DNA from: Takakia lepidozioides
Lineage: Eukaryota > Plantae > Bryophyta
Direction: 5' to 3'
Length of the DNA: 64,000 bases
Assembly (NCBI GenBank): GCA_030704615.1
Contig: CM060733.1
Coordinates: 41,974,001 to 42,038,000 of the forward strand
Every line of letters starts with the position of its first letter. The first letter of the stretch is position 1. The notes under the pieces are model-generated. The model was given only the letters and a program-made list of their open reading frames with translations, searched no databases and was not told the origin of the DNA. Positions 62,901 through 64,000 of the stretch are shown here, one piece after another. The position numbers and the translations under genes are program-made.

Positions 62901-64000
62901 AGACAGGAATTGCGAAGTGGACCCGCAAGAGCGCCGTCCCGATTCTGAAAAAGAAGTGGACGTGCATCAACACACTGGGCCTTCGGTCGGAAGGGAAGAA
63001 GGTGATTACGACATTGGCACTCGTCCATTCATTTGCTTGGGTGTTTTCAAATGCGGTGCCGCATTCGGTTTCTAATCGTTTTCCCCCTGTGTATGCAGAC
63101 GAAGCAGTTCGATGCATACTGCTTTGTGAAGGAGAACTCCACCTTTGCTTTCCGGAAGGAGGGAGGAAAGGTTGACCCGAACTGCGACCCCCTCGATTAC
63201 GACGTTCTGTTCAACAACGTTCCCAAGGAACTTCTCCCTCATAGCCTCACTTCAACGGAACCCCTGCGGTACTCACAGACTCGGAGCCCTGCCTTCATTC
63301 AGACAATTATGGAGACATGCACAGACGTGGAGGGCACAGTGCTCGACCTCATCTGTGGGACAGGTATGCAGAATCTTGATCTATGCTGTTCTGCAAATTC
63401 TCGTTAGGATGTAGTTCGCAACATCTGAAGCGCCATGTTGTAATGTGTGGATGGCATTGTAACAGGTGCCTCAATGTGGGCTGGGCGGTTTTCCGACCGG
63501 CACCTCTTTGCCTACGAGGAGGATTCATCCGTGTGGGGATCCCATTGGAAGGGCTGCAACGCAATGTTAAGGCTCCCAACAGAGCGGAAGTCTCATCGGA
63601 TTCGTCGGAGTCCGAGGAAGACACAGTGGACATTGATGCGGAGGAGAACCCGGAATACGAGTGAGTGCAAACATTGTAAGTTTGCAAAGCCTTCTGGGTC
63701 ATTTTTGTCAAACAAATTTCCGGATTGTGGTTCTCATTAGTCTCGTTGATGATTGTCATGTGCAGGATTGCAGGGTCCGGGTCGAAACATGTAGGGCCTA
63801 CACATCCTGCCAGGAAGAATGTCCCGTTCTTTGCGAGGGCCGACTTCATGACGAGCCCGGTGAGGGACTACTCCCTTCCTAGTTATGCAGCTAAACTCGC
63901 AAATACAGCGATTAGAAGAAGTGAGAATCCCAGTAAAGTAGAGCAGATTTTGGAGAGGGCTAGGGAGGACAGAAGGATAAGGAAAGAGTTGGCAGCAGCT
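59921..64000 (+). CDS. Multi-exon ParB/Srx-like domain + beta-class N6A/N4C DNA-methyltransferase-fold fusion; continues beyond the window
   Basis: Exons 59921..60548, 60661..60850, 60951..61235, 61289..61435, 61519..61736, 61883..63001, 63099..63363, 63466..63660 and ~63766..>64000, all with GT-AG introns. ParB part: FE-IPLCRMVSLPIVRQALPGDVDKLKFAFREVY...FFVWDGNHRLLAW. MTase part: motif IV CDMIILDIPDG, MVLDDRGCVVV, then QTRSPAFIQTIMETCTDVEGTVLDLICGTG|ASMWAGRFSDRHLFAYEED (motifs X-I-II). About 3 single-base frameshifts. Confidence 0.8.

Larger units (their letters stand above)
46590..64000. mobile_element. Putative giant Mutator-like DNA transposon with accessory genes (right end outside the window)
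   Basis: It begins where the gag breaks off. The contents are linked by a shared 26-bp palindrome and shared (GCTCATG)n motifs. No TIR or TSD could be demonstrated. Confidence 0.6.

Noticed and set aside
59921-64000. Bacterial or phage contamination explaining the ParB-MTase
   Set aside because: The gene has eight GT-AG introns and is contiguous with intron-bearing MULE genes.

Overview
Eukaryotic nuclear DNA from a non-seed land plant, probably a moss (inferred from PLS-PPR/DYW editing-factor pseudogenes plus an animal-type BK/Slo K+ channel). Bases 1-46.6 kb are TE-rich host sequence: two Ty3/gypsy remnants, two decayed PPR genes, a hAT MITE, copia and foldback relics, a ~15-exon BK-like channel gene (minus strand, 17.2-39.9 kb), and an RTE-X-like LINE that repeatedly re-inserts at TCT-starting target sites. 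From ~46.6 kb to the window end lies a large, apparently CpG-rich cluster that looks like a single Mutator-like (MULE) element. It carries (i) two paralogous GCM/WRKY-like Zn-finger + DDE + SWIM transposase genes, (ii) about 40 copies of a 26-bp palindrome (ACGGAAATGCGGCGCCGCATTTCCGT) spaced about 53 bp apart, (iii) a head-to-head pair of paralogous genes of unknown function with one palindrome between them, and (iv) a spliced gene fusing a ParB/Srx-like domain (VWDGNHR) to a beta-class N6A/N4C DNA-methyltransferase fold, with the palindrome in three of its introns. This cluster is the best candidate for an undescribed system: a transposon-encoded DNA-binding/epigenetic module with its own site array. 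Many of its frameshifts are 1-nt homopolymer indels, so it may be intact in vivo. All coordinates and alignments were read by eye; no searches were run.
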